From a bacterium (lineage in GTDB: Bacteria > Patescibacteriota > JABMPQ01 > JBDRIV01): a stretch of 64,000 nt of DNA. Below, piece by piece: positions 10,093-20,061 of this stretch. Location: the NCBI GenBank assembly GCA_043815505.1, contig JBDRIV010000004.1:186051-250050 (forward strand). Reading direction: 5' to 3'. The translations under genes and the position numbers were made by a program. Each line of letters starts with the position of its first letter. Within the stretch, counting starts at the first letter, position 1. Under the pieces are notes generated by a model. That model was not told the DNA's origin. It did not search any database and worked only from the letters and a program-made list of their open reading frames with translations.

Positions 10093-11751
10093 TTATTCTG
10101 ATATTATCCCCTCTAAAAATTTAAATATCATTTTAATATACTGATCCCCTGGTTTACCCAATTCTGTTGATATTGTTTGGTGATCTCTATCTTCGGCACT
10201 TACTACCTCAGCATTAACATTTATATCCGTAAGACTATTAGCAAAAAGTTGAGCTTGGATACGAGCAACAATTCTATTACCTGCATAAAATAATTGTGCA
10301 GGTGGTATATCTTTTCGTTCTTCTACATTTAACCTCGGTGAAGCACTGATCCACACATTTTCATCATCTCCAAACTCTGGTCTTAATAATAAATCAAAAT
10401 GAGTAGGATTTAATTCGTAAACCACTGGTATATCATATTCAGCACCATCCAATAATACTAGTCCTTTAATATCAGAAAGGCTTAGTCCTTCATCATTTAA
10501 ATAATCTTGATTGGTTGCAGACAAAGAAATCATGTGTGTCCCAACAGAATGTCCCATAAGAAACAGTTTATCTGGATCGCCTTGGTACTTTTCAATATTA
10601 TTGTGAACCCAGGCAATGGCTTCAGCAACATCTTTAGTGTGATCAGGGTGCATGGTGTCTTGTTCTTCGGTGTCCAAGCGATAATTTATACTAACAAATA
10701 TATATCCATTATTTGTGAACGCAGCTCCTTTATTTGTGTGATTTCCTTTATCACCAATTTCCCAAGCTCCACCATGTACAAATATCATAACTGGGTAGTT
10801 AGAAGTGTTAGAATCTTCTAAAGAAGAGTCTTTTTTTAGTTTAGCTTCCGGTACATAAATATCAAGATATTGGAATGGGGAATCAGATTCATTATCATCT
10901 GAATACGAAATATCTTCGTAAAAAGTATAATTAGAATTATCCTCTATCAATGTTTCATCACAATCCGCATCAGCATCATCAATATAATTATCACAATCAT
11001 CATCAATATGGTTGTCACATATTTCGTAATTTAGAGAGCATTTTTTATGAAATATTTGGACAGCTGGATTACTAACATAAGATGAGTAAAGAAAACTTTT
11101 GTGCATTTCAAAGCCAAACTGAATGTATTTCTTGGTGGAAATAGATGATGGCATCTGGATAATGTCAAAGGCAGAATCGGTGATTTCTTGTCTACTCCAT
11201 TCAATTGTTGTGTCATCAGCTGTGAAGGCGGTGTTTGATGCTCTTACTATTAAATAGACTTTATTTCTTCCCCAAGCTAGACGTTTAGTATTGAAAGCTA
11301 CTTTGTATAGTCCCGATGGTGCCTCTGAGTAGACTGATGTATCTATAACTGGTGAGGTAGCTGTTCCTTCATCGCCGTTGATTTTGATAGCGTTGTAGTT
11401 ATCAAGCGCTTTTACATCTCCTGTCATGTTAAATTCTGTTATGTCGTAGGCTACATTAGTTTTAGTGTAGTCTCCAGGAGTAAGGAATGTATATGAATCG
11501 TTTGTATCAAAATCTTTTTCATATTCAGGTGGTACTATGTTCGTAGTATTTATATATTGTTGTTCATTAACTTCAATATAGGCCTTAGTATCTGGAAAAG
11601 TTGGTAATAGAGCCGTTGCGGCAACAAAAAATGCTGAAGTAAGAGATATTGTCCACAGCATTGTTTTAAGACGTTTTTTGGTCTTAGTTGTAGATGTTTT
11701 TAGTTTTGTTTTTGTTTGATTTGGTATATTTTCTTGGTTATTTTTTGGCAT
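10093..11751 (-). CDS. secreted alpha/beta hydrolase (esterase) with a family-conserved N-terminal module
   Basis: HGG oxyanion motif, GHSVG nucleophile elbow, C-terminal His; EICDNHIDDDCDNYIDD motif; N-terminal TM. Confidence 0.85.
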   Translation of the reverse strand: MPKNNQENIPNQTKTKLKTSTTKTKKRLKTMLWTISLTSAFFVAATALLPTFPDTKAYIEVNEQQYINTTNIVPPEYEKDFDTNDSYTFLTPGDYTKTNVAYDITEFNMTGDVKALDNYNAIKINGDEGTATSPVIDTSVYSEAPSGLYKVAFNTKRLAWGRNKVYLIVRASNTAFTADDTTIEWSRQEITDSAFDIIQMPSSISTKKYIQFGFEMHKSFLYSSYVSNPAVQIFHKKCSLNYEICDNHIDDDCDNYIDDADADCDETLIEDNSNYTFYEDISYSDDNESDSPFQYLDIYVPEAKLKKDSSLEDSNTSNYPVMIFVHGGAWEIGDKGNHTNKGAAFTNNGYIFVSINYRLDTEEQDTMHPDHTKDVAEAIAWVHNNIEKYQGDPDKLFLMGHSVGTHMISLSATNQDYLNDEGLSLSDIKGLVLLDGAEYDIPVVYELNPTHFDLLLRPEFGDDENVWISASPRLNVEERKDIPPAQLFYAGNRIVARIQAQLFANSLTDINVNAEVVSAEDRDHQTISTELGKPGDQYIKMIFKFLEGIISE

Positions 11752-11949
11752 ATGAATTTATTAAAAGTTGCTTATATTATACAAGAAAATATGAATATGA
11801 GAAAGCCCAAAAACTTGCTATTTCTTAGTAAAATACTAGACTTAAAGCACGTACCTTTACAATTTGATTCGATTTAAGCTTGAAGTATATAACTTATCTT
11901 TAAAATACCAACTTCAAAGTAGCAAAAACATGCTAATAGGAGAAGAAGC

Positions 11950-13866
11950 ATGAGACACTTACAAGGCAATTTTGTCCCTAAGAACATTGTTTTTCTAGAA
12001 CCAAAAGCTAGGGATCCTCACACTTTTTCTGGACTTCCCATTCCCCGAGTCGGTTGTGTGGAGCTAGCTACTATGGCCAGGGACTGGCGTGGAAAAAATG
12101 TCCGAGTACTTGTTGAAGAGGTTGCCTCATTTAATCCTGAAGTTGTATTGGGTGATGATGTTGACATGGTATGCATTTCTACTCTCACCAATACTGCTCC
12201 CGAGGCTTACGAGTGGGCCAATCTTTGCGCCCTCGCTGGCAAACCTGTTGTATTAGGTGGAGTACACGCAACTTTCCTTCCCAACGAATCTCTATATCAT
12301 GCCCCTTTAGTAATCCGCGGGGAGGCGGAAGAATCTTTTCTAGATCTCTTGGATTGCCTGGCAGCAGGTGATGACTTATTTAAGGTTAGAGGACTTTCTT
12401 GGAAAGATGGTCTTGGCCATCATTTTCATAATCCTCCAACAGATCCCCTTGAAATGGTTCCCTCGTCAGAGTTTCTTAACACAATTCCTGTTCCTGATTT
12501 CAGTCTGGTAGAAGGCTACCAACTCAAGAAACCAGCAGCAATTCCCATCGCCACCATTCGTGGTTGTCCTCACATGTGCACTTTCTGTTCGGTCACTGCT
12601 TTTAATGGTAGACGTTACCGGCATCCGTCAGTTCTTTGGGTGCTAAATGCACTTGAAAAATACATCAAGGATTTTGGTAACGTACGTTGGTTCTTCTTTG
12701 TAGCTGATAACTTCATTGCTCATCCTAAATGGGCTGAAGAGTTAATGCTAGGGATAATTGAACGTCAGCTCAACATTTCTTGGGGAGCACAATTCACCAT
12801 CCATTTCACCAAGAACGAAAGGTTAATGGAACTGGCAGTTAAGGCTGGTTTGGACAGAGCTTTTCTCGGTTATGAATCACCAATCGATAAATCTTTAGCC
12901 GACTGTCATAAAAGCCAAACTACTGCCCAAATTGAAGAAGCTCAGAAAAAATTGAAGGAATTTGATATTCCTGACCATGGCATGTATATGATCTTTCCGT
13001 CTGATCCATCAGACATCGCTTCTCGCATAGTGGATTTTGCGGAAAGAAACAGTAACGACACTATCCAAATAATTCCTTTGGGTGCTAACCCTGGTTCAGA
13101 ATTATGGACAACGTTACAAACGTCTAGAGAACAACTTCTATCCCAAGACTGGCGACTGTTTAATGGACAGCAACCATTGCTGATTCCGAAAAACATGTCT
13201 CCCTTGAAGCAACATCAAACCACGGCAACTGCTTTGTCTCGATTCTATCGACCGACAAAGATCTGGCAATCATTTTTCGCTTACTTGAAAACTCGGGATA
13301 TAAAACAGCTTAAGACCATGATGATTAGACTAAAAGGGTGGCAACTCACTAAACTAATTAAATGGTCAAAAAGCAATCGTTTGTTTCTCAAATTCTTGAG
13401 GAGTCATCCGGAAACAACTGGCGAAACCTATGAATCCTGGGAATTGAAAAGAAGGCTGGCTCGGCGTATTACCATTCGCTGTCCGCAAAACCTCAGACAA
13501 ACCGTGAGTTCATTCCTGGCAGAATTGGGTTTTTCTAAAGTTCGTGTCAAACCAATTAAACATAAACCAAACCTATCTGGACAAAAAATTGGTGAAATCC
13601 GTATATCCTTGTCCAATTGGTTACGAAAGCAAAAAGCACATTTCGTTGTTTCTGATTTAAGCGAAATCGGCGACGATTGGCGTGAGCGCTTTGCTGACAT
13701 CGTAAACAGGTGGCCCAAATTCAGAAAACAATCCAAACTCATTTGTCTCCCCAGAACGTCTGAAAATAACACAATTAAGAATATGCTCAGACGACTGGGA
13801 GCGTATCTTTCTTCCAATGAAGAAACGATCGAATCAGCTATCAAAAAAATTCCCTTGAAGGATTGA
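11950..13866 (+). CDS. cobalamin-binding radical SAM protein with a C-terminal extension
   Basis: VVLGGVHAT and IRGEAE (B12-binding domain); RGCPHMCTFC CxxxCxxC motif; AGGAG SD. Confidence 0.9.
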   Translation: MRHLQGNFVPKNIVFLEPKARDPHTFSGLPIPRVGCVELATMARDWRGKNVRVLVEEVASFNPEVVLGDDVDMVCISTLTNTAPEAYEWANLCALAGKPVVLGGVHATFLPNESLYHAPLVIRGEAEESFLDLLDCLAAGDDLFKVRGLSWKDGLGHHFHNPPTDPLEMVPSSEFLNTIPVPDFSLVEGYQLKKPAAIPIATIRGCPHMCTFCSVTAFNGRRYRHPSVLWVLNALEKYIKDFGNVRWFFFVADNFIAHPKWAEELMLGIIERQLNISWGAQFTIHFTKNERLMELAVKAGLDRAFLGYESPIDKSLADCHKSQTTAQIEEAQKKLKEFDIPDHGMYMIFPSDPSDIASRIVDFAERNSNDTIQIIPLGANPGSELWTTLQTSREQLLSQDWRLFNGQQPLLIPKNMSPLKQHQTTATALSRFYRPTKIWQSFFAYLKTRDIKQLKTMMIRLKGWQLTKLIKWSKSNRLFLKFLRSHPETTGETYESWELKRRLARRITIRCPQNLRQTVSSFLAELGFSKVRVKPIKHKPNLSGQKIGEIRISLSNWLRKQKAHFVVSDLSEIGDDWRERFADIVNRWPKFRKQSKLICLPRTSENNTIKNMLRRLGAYLSSNEETIESAIKKIPLKD

Positions 13867-13874
13867 GATAGCAC

Positions 13875-13980
13875 AAAACCTCACACAAGATTTGCGTGAG
13901 GTTTTCTTTATTAGAAAACCTCGTTCAGTTTTCTGCGCGGGGTTTCTTTTTCAAAAAACCGCCCTTTTACAGGGCGGTTT
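13875..13980. terminator. three tandem terminator-like hairpins between convergent genes
   Basis: AAAACCTCAC/GTGAGGTTTT; AAACCTCG/CGGGGTTT; AAACCGCCCT/AGGGCGGTTT. Confidence 0.7.
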
Positions 13981-13998
13981 AGAATAATTATCTAGAAT

Positions 13999-15273
13999 CT
14001 ATTCATCGCTCCTAAGAACCCCTATTTCTGGCACTGTAAGAATCACTTCATCATTATCACTTGTTCCAATTTTCATTATTTGAACAGGATATCCTTCATC
14101 AGCACAAGCATTTATTTCTATGTTCCCTTCATCTTCTAGCACATTATTTTTATCGTATGCTTGATACTCAATTTGTGCCAGCCAAGGAAATGATTCATAA
14201 CAATGTCTAACTGAAGGATCTTCAATTGATTCCATTCCTAAGTATTTAACGTCAGTTCTTCCACCATCTTTTCTATCAAAACTTACTTCATTATATTCAG
14301 AATCGTTTCTCATATTTACAAACACACCCGCATTCACACTATTTGTCGAACTGGCAATTTCTGGAACCGTTATTATAATTGAGTAGGCTCCATAATCTCC
14401 AATTCGTAGAATTTCTATTTTTTTACCAACTTCACAAAACTTAACTTGAATATCTTGCTCTCCTGGTTCAATGACATCACCATTATCATCATATTCGGTA
14501 TAGGTAAAGTTTGCTTGCCAGGGATATCTTTCTTCACAAGTTGTTTCGCCTTCATATTCTTCCAAACCATTGTATAGAATTTCAATCTTTCCACCTTCAG
14601 CTGTATTGAATATTGAGTGTTTTTCATCAAATCTATTTGTTCTCACAACATACCCAGTTTTAGCAATATTTCTAAACTTATAATTATTATCCTTCTGCGG
14701 TGTTCCTAGAACAGGATTTCCTGGAACAACCTTTGTTACCATTGTATTAGGTTCATCGCTCCCATCAACCGTAGCTTTAAGTGTCATAGTTTTAATATCA
14801 CCACCATAAATCAAACAAGGGCCCTGAGGATAAGTTCCATTTGACCATTGAAGATCACCATCTGCATCATACGCAAACTCAATAATACCTGGTGATTCAG
14901 GATAATCTTGCTGACAAACAGTTTCACTAACATCAGATATTTGTCCGTCAAAGATAAATTCTATTCTACCAGCAAGATCATTATAATCTGTAAAACGATA
15001 ATTTGTTGCATAGTCTTCATTCAAACTATAAGCTTTTCCTAATTCATCAATTTTTACAGCCTTTTTTATACCACCAACTTCCAAACCATTTGTTTCAGAA
15101 TCTTGTGCAACACTAAAATTTTGATGAATCAGAGAATAAGCTGGCACTAAACCCATAGCTATTGCTGACACCAAAAAAACTGACCACACCATTACTTTCA
15201 TACTAATTTTTGTTGATGTTTTTTGTTTTGTTTTTGTTTGATTTGGTATATTTTCTTGGTTATTTTTTGGCAT
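13999..15273 (-). CDS. secreted protein with 3 internal repeats; shares its leader with 10093-11751
   Basis: MPKNNQENIPNQTKTK leader; three repeats of GxIE...CxxxYP...YDxxG...C. Confidence 0.75.
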   Translation of the reverse strand: MPKNNQENIPNQTKTKQKTSTKISMKVMVWSVFLVSAIAMGLVPAYSLIHQNFSVAQDSETNGLEVGGIKKAVKIDELGKAYSLNEDYATNYRFTDYNDLAGRIEFIFDGQISDVSETVCQQDYPESPGIIEFAYDADGDLQWSNGTYPQGPCLIYGGDIKTMTLKATVDGSDEPNTMVTKVVPGNPVLGTPQKDNNYKFRNIAKTGYVVRTNRFDEKHSIFNTAEGGKIEILYNGLEEYEGETTCEERYPWQANFTYTEYDDNGDVIEPGEQDIQVKFCEVGKKIEILRIGDYGAYSIIITVPEIASSTNSVNAGVFVNMRNDSEYNEVSFDRKDGGRTDVKYLGMESIEDPSVRHCYESFPWLAQIEYQAYDKNNVLEDEGNIEINACADEGYPVQIMKIGTSDNDEVILTVPEIGVLRSDE

Positions 15274-15426
15274 ATGAATTTGTTAAAAGCTGCTTAAATC
15301 TTATTAAAAAACCACCCAACTCCAGTTTTTTTAAATTAAACTTACTATATTTTAATACAAAAAATTATAATTTTTAATGTTATTGCTACAAAAATGAAAC
15401 TGTGTCTAGACGGTTTTTTTTGAATT

Positions 15427-15825
15427 TTATTCAGTTGTTGTTCCTTTAAAGTCTTCTTCGTTGGCTTCTGTTTCTTCTTTGGTTGCCCGCACGATGCCAT
15501 CTTTGTGATGAGCTGGTGAATAGATTGTGTAGAGCTTCAAATCATCCAAATCTGAAGTGTTAACTACATTATGTTCAGTTCCGGCTGGAACAACAATAGC
15601 AGAACCATCAAAAACCTCATATTCATTCCCATCAATTATTACTTTACCAGTTCCTTTTTCAAAACGGAAAAATTGATCATTTTCGTTGTGCACTTCCATA
15701 CCGATTTCTTCTTTTGGTTTCAGACTCATTAGAACGAGCTGGCTGTGCTTTGAAGTATAGAGAACCTTGCGAAAATTATCATTGGCCAAAGTATCTTTTT
15801 CTATATTGGAATTAAATCCTTTCAT
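15427..15825 (-). CDS. cupin domain protein
   Basis: IGMEVHxxxDQFF...VPAGTEHNV...LYTIYSPAHH. Confidence 0.9.
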   Translation of the reverse strand: MKGFNSNIEKDTLANDNFRKVLYTSKHSQLVLMSLKPKEEIGMEVHNENDQFFRFEKGTGKVIIDGNEYEVFDGSAIVVPAGTEHNVVNTSDLDDLKLYTIYSPAHHKDGIVRATKEETEANEEDFKGTTTE

Positions 15826-15834
15826 ATAATTTTG

Positions 15835-16242
15835 TTAATTCTTTATACATTGTAAGCATTTATAACGATGAATGCAAATCGTACCTTGGCATTTTTTGCA
15901 TTGCCATTTATTTTTTTCATTTTTTACAAACTCTCTAATCCCATTATCACGAATAAATTCTAGATTTGCAATCATGCTCATGCCATATCTTGTCCGATAT
16001 CTCTTATCAAGCTGTTTAAGCTTAGTGCAAGGAAACTTTTCACATTCATAACAAAATTTGTAACCATTTTCTACTAAAACATCACAATTTCTTTTTACAC
16101 ATTTTCTCTTGTAACTTTCTTTAAAGCCGTCCATATTGCGACAACCATAACATTTTTCTTTTTCCCGCTGGAATCCTAAGCACAAAGCACAATTCATTCC
16201 ACAAGAAGCTATTAAATTTTGTTTTATTAAACTTTTAGACAT
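15835..16242 (-). CDS. DUF3795-like Cys-rich protein
   Basis: CGMNCALC, CYGC, FCYECEKFPC motifs. Confidence 0.8.
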   Translation of the reverse strand: MSKSLIKQNLIASCGMNCALCLGFQREKEKCYGCRNMDGFKESYKRKCVKRNCDVLVENGYKFCYECEKFPCTKLKQLDKRYRTRYGMSMIANLEFIRDNGIREFVKNEKNKWQCKKCQGTICIHRYKCLQCIKN

Positions 16243-16723
16243 TTATTTCAGCAATGTGTTTTGGATACACTCGCCACAAATAATAAATAATTAAAGCATC
16301 AACAATTATGAATATAAAAGTCAAAAATGAAAAAGCACTTATAAGCTGATAAATTCCAAATATGGTGACAAGAGAAAAGAATAGCAGAGCAATGTTTCTA
16401 ACTTTTTTTGATTTAAACCACAAACCAGCTATTAAAATAATTTTTAACAATCCCAACACAATTAGAATTATAGCTGATCTTAATAAATTATTTTGTGTGA
16501 AAACAAATGGACTTTGCGTAATTAACCAATTGGCAAAAATATCTGTTGGATCTTCTGTTAATTCATTAGCAAAAACATTTTCTAAAAATTGTGTAACTGG
16601 TAAATATTCAATAAAGAAAGATGATAAAAATGCCAAGGCACCTAAAACAATTTCCAAAAGTCCAGCCACTCCTTTATAAAGAAGCACGAGAATAAAACTT
16701 AATGGTCGGTTAAATAATTTCAT
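16235..16723 (-). CDS. DUF2127-like membrane protein (probable start ATG 16723, leaderless)
   Basis: LYKGVAGLLEIVLG motif; ATG lies 6 nt after TGG-TACAGT; the longer ORF call runs through a terminator hairpin. Confidence 0.65.
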   Translation of the reverse strand: MKLFNRPLSFILVLLYKGVAGLLEIVLGALAFLSSFFIEYLPVTQFLENVFANELTEDPTDIFANWLITQSPFVFTQNNLLRSAIILIVLGLLKIILIAGLWFKSKKVRNIALLFFSLVTIFGIYQLISAFSFLTFIFIIVDALIIYYLWRVYPKHIAEINV

Positions 16724-16781
16724 GTATTCACTGTACCAAAAAACCGCCCAAATTATAAGGGCGGTTTCAATTTTAATATGA

Positions 16782-18200
16782 TTAGACGGGTTTTTCAGTC
16801 CAGTCACCATATGAACTAGTTATTACCCAGTTAGTGCCATCAACAGCCAATAAAGTAATTGTATCACCTATATCACCAGCTGTAATTTCCTTGCCTACGC
16901 CGCTGGTCATGCCTTGAATTTGATCAGCGTCGTCGGGATTGATTTCTATGGTTTCCCCGTCAACAACAACCGCAAAAATGTAAAACGTACCAATCGCAGT
17001 TGAAGCTTCCGGCAAATTCCAAACAGCAGTGCCACTAGCACCGGCATTGGTCTGGACGAAACCGGATTCAGTTATGGCCAGATCTTTACCAGTCGGCTCT
17101 TCGACTAGGCCTTTTCTTTCATTTAGATAAATGAGTCCGGTTGATAAATCACCGATGATGGCATCGCCGATGTTTAATTGATTGCTGGTAGTAGGAACTT
17201 CTACATCTGCCTGATAACCTATCATAATGTTGTTTGTACCAGAAGATATGTTAGATCCTGCTTGATAACCAAGGGCGGTATTATTGTCCCCGGTGGCTGC
17301 GGAAAGCGCTAAATATCCAACAGCCGTACTGGAATCAAGACCAGTGCCGTTACCAAGTGCTCCATAACCCACCGCTGTACTCCAAACACCGTTGGTATTA
17401 GCATCAAGGGCATAATTGCCGACGGCTACGTTTCGCTGGCCAGTGCCGGTATTGGCCACTAAAGCGTTATAGCCAATGGCTAAATTATCAGAACCTGTAT
17501 TATTGGCACCAAGAGCACCAGATCCTAGGGCCAGATTTCTATCACCAGTAGTAGTAGCATCACCAGCCTGGTATCCGATGAATGTATTGTCAATGCCACT
17601 ACTTTGAACTGAATTGGCTGCTTGATAACCTAGAGCGGTTAAATGCATATTGCTGGTATTATCAAAATTTATATAATCAGCTACCTGGATTGTGCTAGTT
17701 GGCGTAGCTGTTCCAATACCAACTCTTTCAGCATAACTACCAGCTGCATCACCAATAAACAAGGTACCATCTTCGATATTTAAGTCATCATCAAGTCCTG
17801 GACTATCAACTATATCTTTAAAACCAATGGTGTCAGCAATAATTTTATTGCTACCTACGGAATCATTTGCTAAATCTGTTTTTTGAATAGTACCATTATC
17901 AATCTGAGTGCTAGTTATTGCATCATCGGCAATATCAGAAGCAGTTATTGTTTTATTAGAAATTTTTGAACTGGTGACCGAATTCTTTCCCATGTCAGAA
18001 GCTGTAATTGTTCTTGTGGCAATTTTTGCACTGGTAACTGCTCCATTAGCAATATTATTAGTATTTATTATATTTGCATGAAATCCTTGATCGCTAGTAA
18101 TTTTAAAAATATCATTCCAGTCAGATGACGCTGAAACTATTCCAACAGAAATTACCATCACACTAACAATAATAATGGCAATTGATGTTTTCTTCTTCAT
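16782..18200 (-). CDS. secreted repeat protein (beta-helix/adhesin- or tail-fibre-like)
   Basis: signal peptide; AVTSAKIA 10-aa repeats; NTALGYQAG/NLAIGYNAL repeats. Confidence 0.7.
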   Translation of the reverse strand: MKKKTSIAIIIVSVMVISVGIVSASSDWNDIFKITSDQGFHANIINTNNIANGAVTSAKIATRTITASDMGKNSVTSSKISNKTITASDIADDAITSTQIDNGTIQKTDLANDSVGSNKIIADTIGFKDIVDSPGLDDDLNIEDGTLFIGDAAGSYAERVGIGTATPTSTIQVADYINFDNTSNMHLTALGYQAANSVQSSGIDNTFIGYQAGDATTTGDRNLALGSGALGANNTGSDNLAIGYNALVANTGTGQRNVAVGNYALDANTNGVWSTAVGYGALGNGTGLDSSTAVGYLALSAATGDNNTALGYQAGSNISSGTNNIMIGYQADVEVPTTSNQLNIGDAIIGDLSTGLIYLNERKGLVEEPTGKDLAITESGFVQTNAGASGTAVWNLPEASTAIGTFYIFAVVVDGETIEINPDDADQIQGMTSGVGKEITAGDIGDTITLLAVDGTNWVITSSYGDWTEKPV

Positions 18201-18275
18201 AGTTTTTCTTAATACTTATATATTCTATTTTAACAAAAAACCGCCCTTTTTGAAAATGGCTGTTTTCAACCTAAA

Positions 18276-20057
18276 TTATTTTTGTGTCAGTTCTTTTTTC
18301 CGCAAACGCACTGACTTAGGAGTGATTTCTAAAAGTTCATCCTCAGCCATCACTTCTAAACCGCGTTCTAAAGTAAGTTTTAAAGGTGGCGTTAAACTAA
18401 GAGCATCATCGGAACCTGCGGCGCGCATATTAGTTAATTGTTTTCCTTTAGTTGGATTTACCGTCATGTCTCTGCCCTTGCTGACGTTGCCAATTACCAT
18501 ACCCACATAAACTTCGGTGGTAGGACCAATGTATAAAATTCCGCGATCCTGCAAATTATAAAGAGAAAATCCCAAAGTTTTCCCATTTTCCATAGAAATC
18601 ATTGATCCAGTTTCACGACTTTTAATTTCGCCCACGTGCGGTCTGAAACCAATTACGCGCGAAGCCATAATCCCCTCACCCCGAGTATCAATTATAAATT
18701 CGGAACGCAGACCAATTAAACCGCGAGTAGGAATTTCAAAAATGAGACGCGAGTTAGCTTGATTATTTTTCATTTCTATTAAAGTTCCTTTGCGTTTGGC
18801 CAATTTTTCAATTATGGCACCTGACATTGATTCTGGCACATCAATTATTAATTCCTCAAACGGTTCCAAAGTTTGGCCATTCCCCTCTTTTAAAATTACT
18901 TGGGGTTGAGAAACTTGTAATTCAAATCCTTCCCGACGCATATTTTCAAGTAAAATTGCTATATGCATTTCCCCTCGTCCATGAACAATGTATTGGTCTT
19001 TGGCAGAAAAATCTATTTTTAATCCGACATTAACTTCCAATTCCTTTTCCAATCTTTCCTTCAATTGTGAATTGGTAACAAATTTTCCTTCGCGACCAGA
19101 AAAAGGAGAATTGTTAATCATAAATCCTAAAGAAATAGTTGGTTCATCAACTGCAATGTGGGGAAGAAGTTCAGACTGCTCATCTATTGTCATGGTATCG
19201 CCAATATAAATATCAGGAAATCCAGCCACCACCACAATGTCTCCGGCCGATGCTTCGGCAACTTCTTTTCGAGAGAAACCATCAAAAGTAAAAAGTTTAG
19301 TAACATTCCCTTTTTGCAAAGTGCCGTCAACTCGTTTAATAAATAGCTGATCTTTTTCTTTCACCGTTCCTTCATAAATTCTGGCAATGGCTAAACGTCC
19401 TAAATAATCGTCGTAATCTAAATTAAAAGATTGTAGACGTGCGGGTTTGGTTGTTTCTTGTTTGGCTGGAGCAACATTTTTTAGAATTGCATCTAATAGT
19501 GGTGTCATATCACCTAAATCATCAGTTAATTCTTTTTTAGCTTTTCCTTCTCGGCCAATGGTATAAACTGTGGCAAAATCAAGTTGCTCATCGTTAGCCC
19601 CTAAATCCATAAATAATTCTAATACTTCTTCTACAACTTCTTCTGGTCTGGCCGCTTCTTTATCTATTTTATTTATTACAACTAAAGGTTTCAACCCAAT
19701 TTCTAAAGACTTCTTTAGAACGAATTTTGTTTGTGGCATTGGACCTTCTCCCGCATCAACAACCAAAATAACAGAATCGATGGAACGCAAAACGCGCTCT
19801 ACCTCCGAACCAAAATCGGCATGACCAGGCGTGTCCACAATATTAATTTTAGTAGTAGCTTGCCCTGAGCTTGCCGAAGGGTAAAACATGGAAGCATTTT
19901 TGGCATAAATAGTAATACCACGCTCTTTTTCAAGCACGTTGGAATCCATACTCACAGACTCATTGGTAATAGCACCGGTTTGACGCATCAATGAATCGGT
20001 AATGGCGGTTTTCCCATGATCAACATGAGCAATAATGGCAATATTTCTAATTTCCAT
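18276..20057 (-). CDS. typA: translational GTPase TypA/BipA
   Basis: IRNIAIIAHVDHGKT, ERGITI, DTPGHADF, NKID, GRGEMH, KQLTNMRA; true start MEIRN at 20057. Confidence 0.95.
   Translation of the reverse strand: MEIRNIAIIAHVDHGKTAITDSLMRQTGAITNESVSMDSNVLEKERGITIYAKNASMFYPSASSGQATTKINIVDTPGHADFGSEVERVLRSIDSVILVVDAGEGPMPQTKFVLKKSLEIGLKPLVVINKIDKEAARPEEVVEEVLELFMDLGANDEQLDFATVYTIGREGKAKKELTDDLGDMTPLLDAILKNVAPAKQETTKPARLQSFNLDYDDYLGRLAIARIYEGTVKEKDQLFIKRVDGTLQKGNVTKLFTFDGFSRKEVAEASAGDIVVVAGFPDIYIGDTMTIDEQSELLPHIAVDEPTISLGFMINNSPFSGREGKFVTNSQLKERLEKELEVNVGLKIDFSAKDQYIVHGRGEMHIAILLENMRREGFELQVSQPQVILKEGNGQTLEPFEELIIDVPESMSGAIIEKLAKRKGTLIEMKNNQANSRLIFEIPTRGLIGLRSEFIIDTRGEGIMASRVIGFRPHVGEIKSRETGSMISMENGKTLGFSLYNLQDRGILYIGPTTEVYVGMVIGNVSKGRDMTVNPTKGKQLTNMRAAGSDDALSLTPPLKLTLERGLEVMAEDELLEITPKSVRLRKKELTQK
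19857..19881 (+). repeat. REP-like repeat copy inside typA
   Basis: AGCTTGCCCTGAGCTTGCCGAAGGG, 23/25 identical to the intergenic copy at 47813-47837. Confidence 0.8.
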
Positions 20058-20061
20058 AATT

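Noticed and set aside
16782-18200. prophage tail fibre
   Set aside because: Has a signal peptide; no peptidase S74 domain or other phage genes nearby
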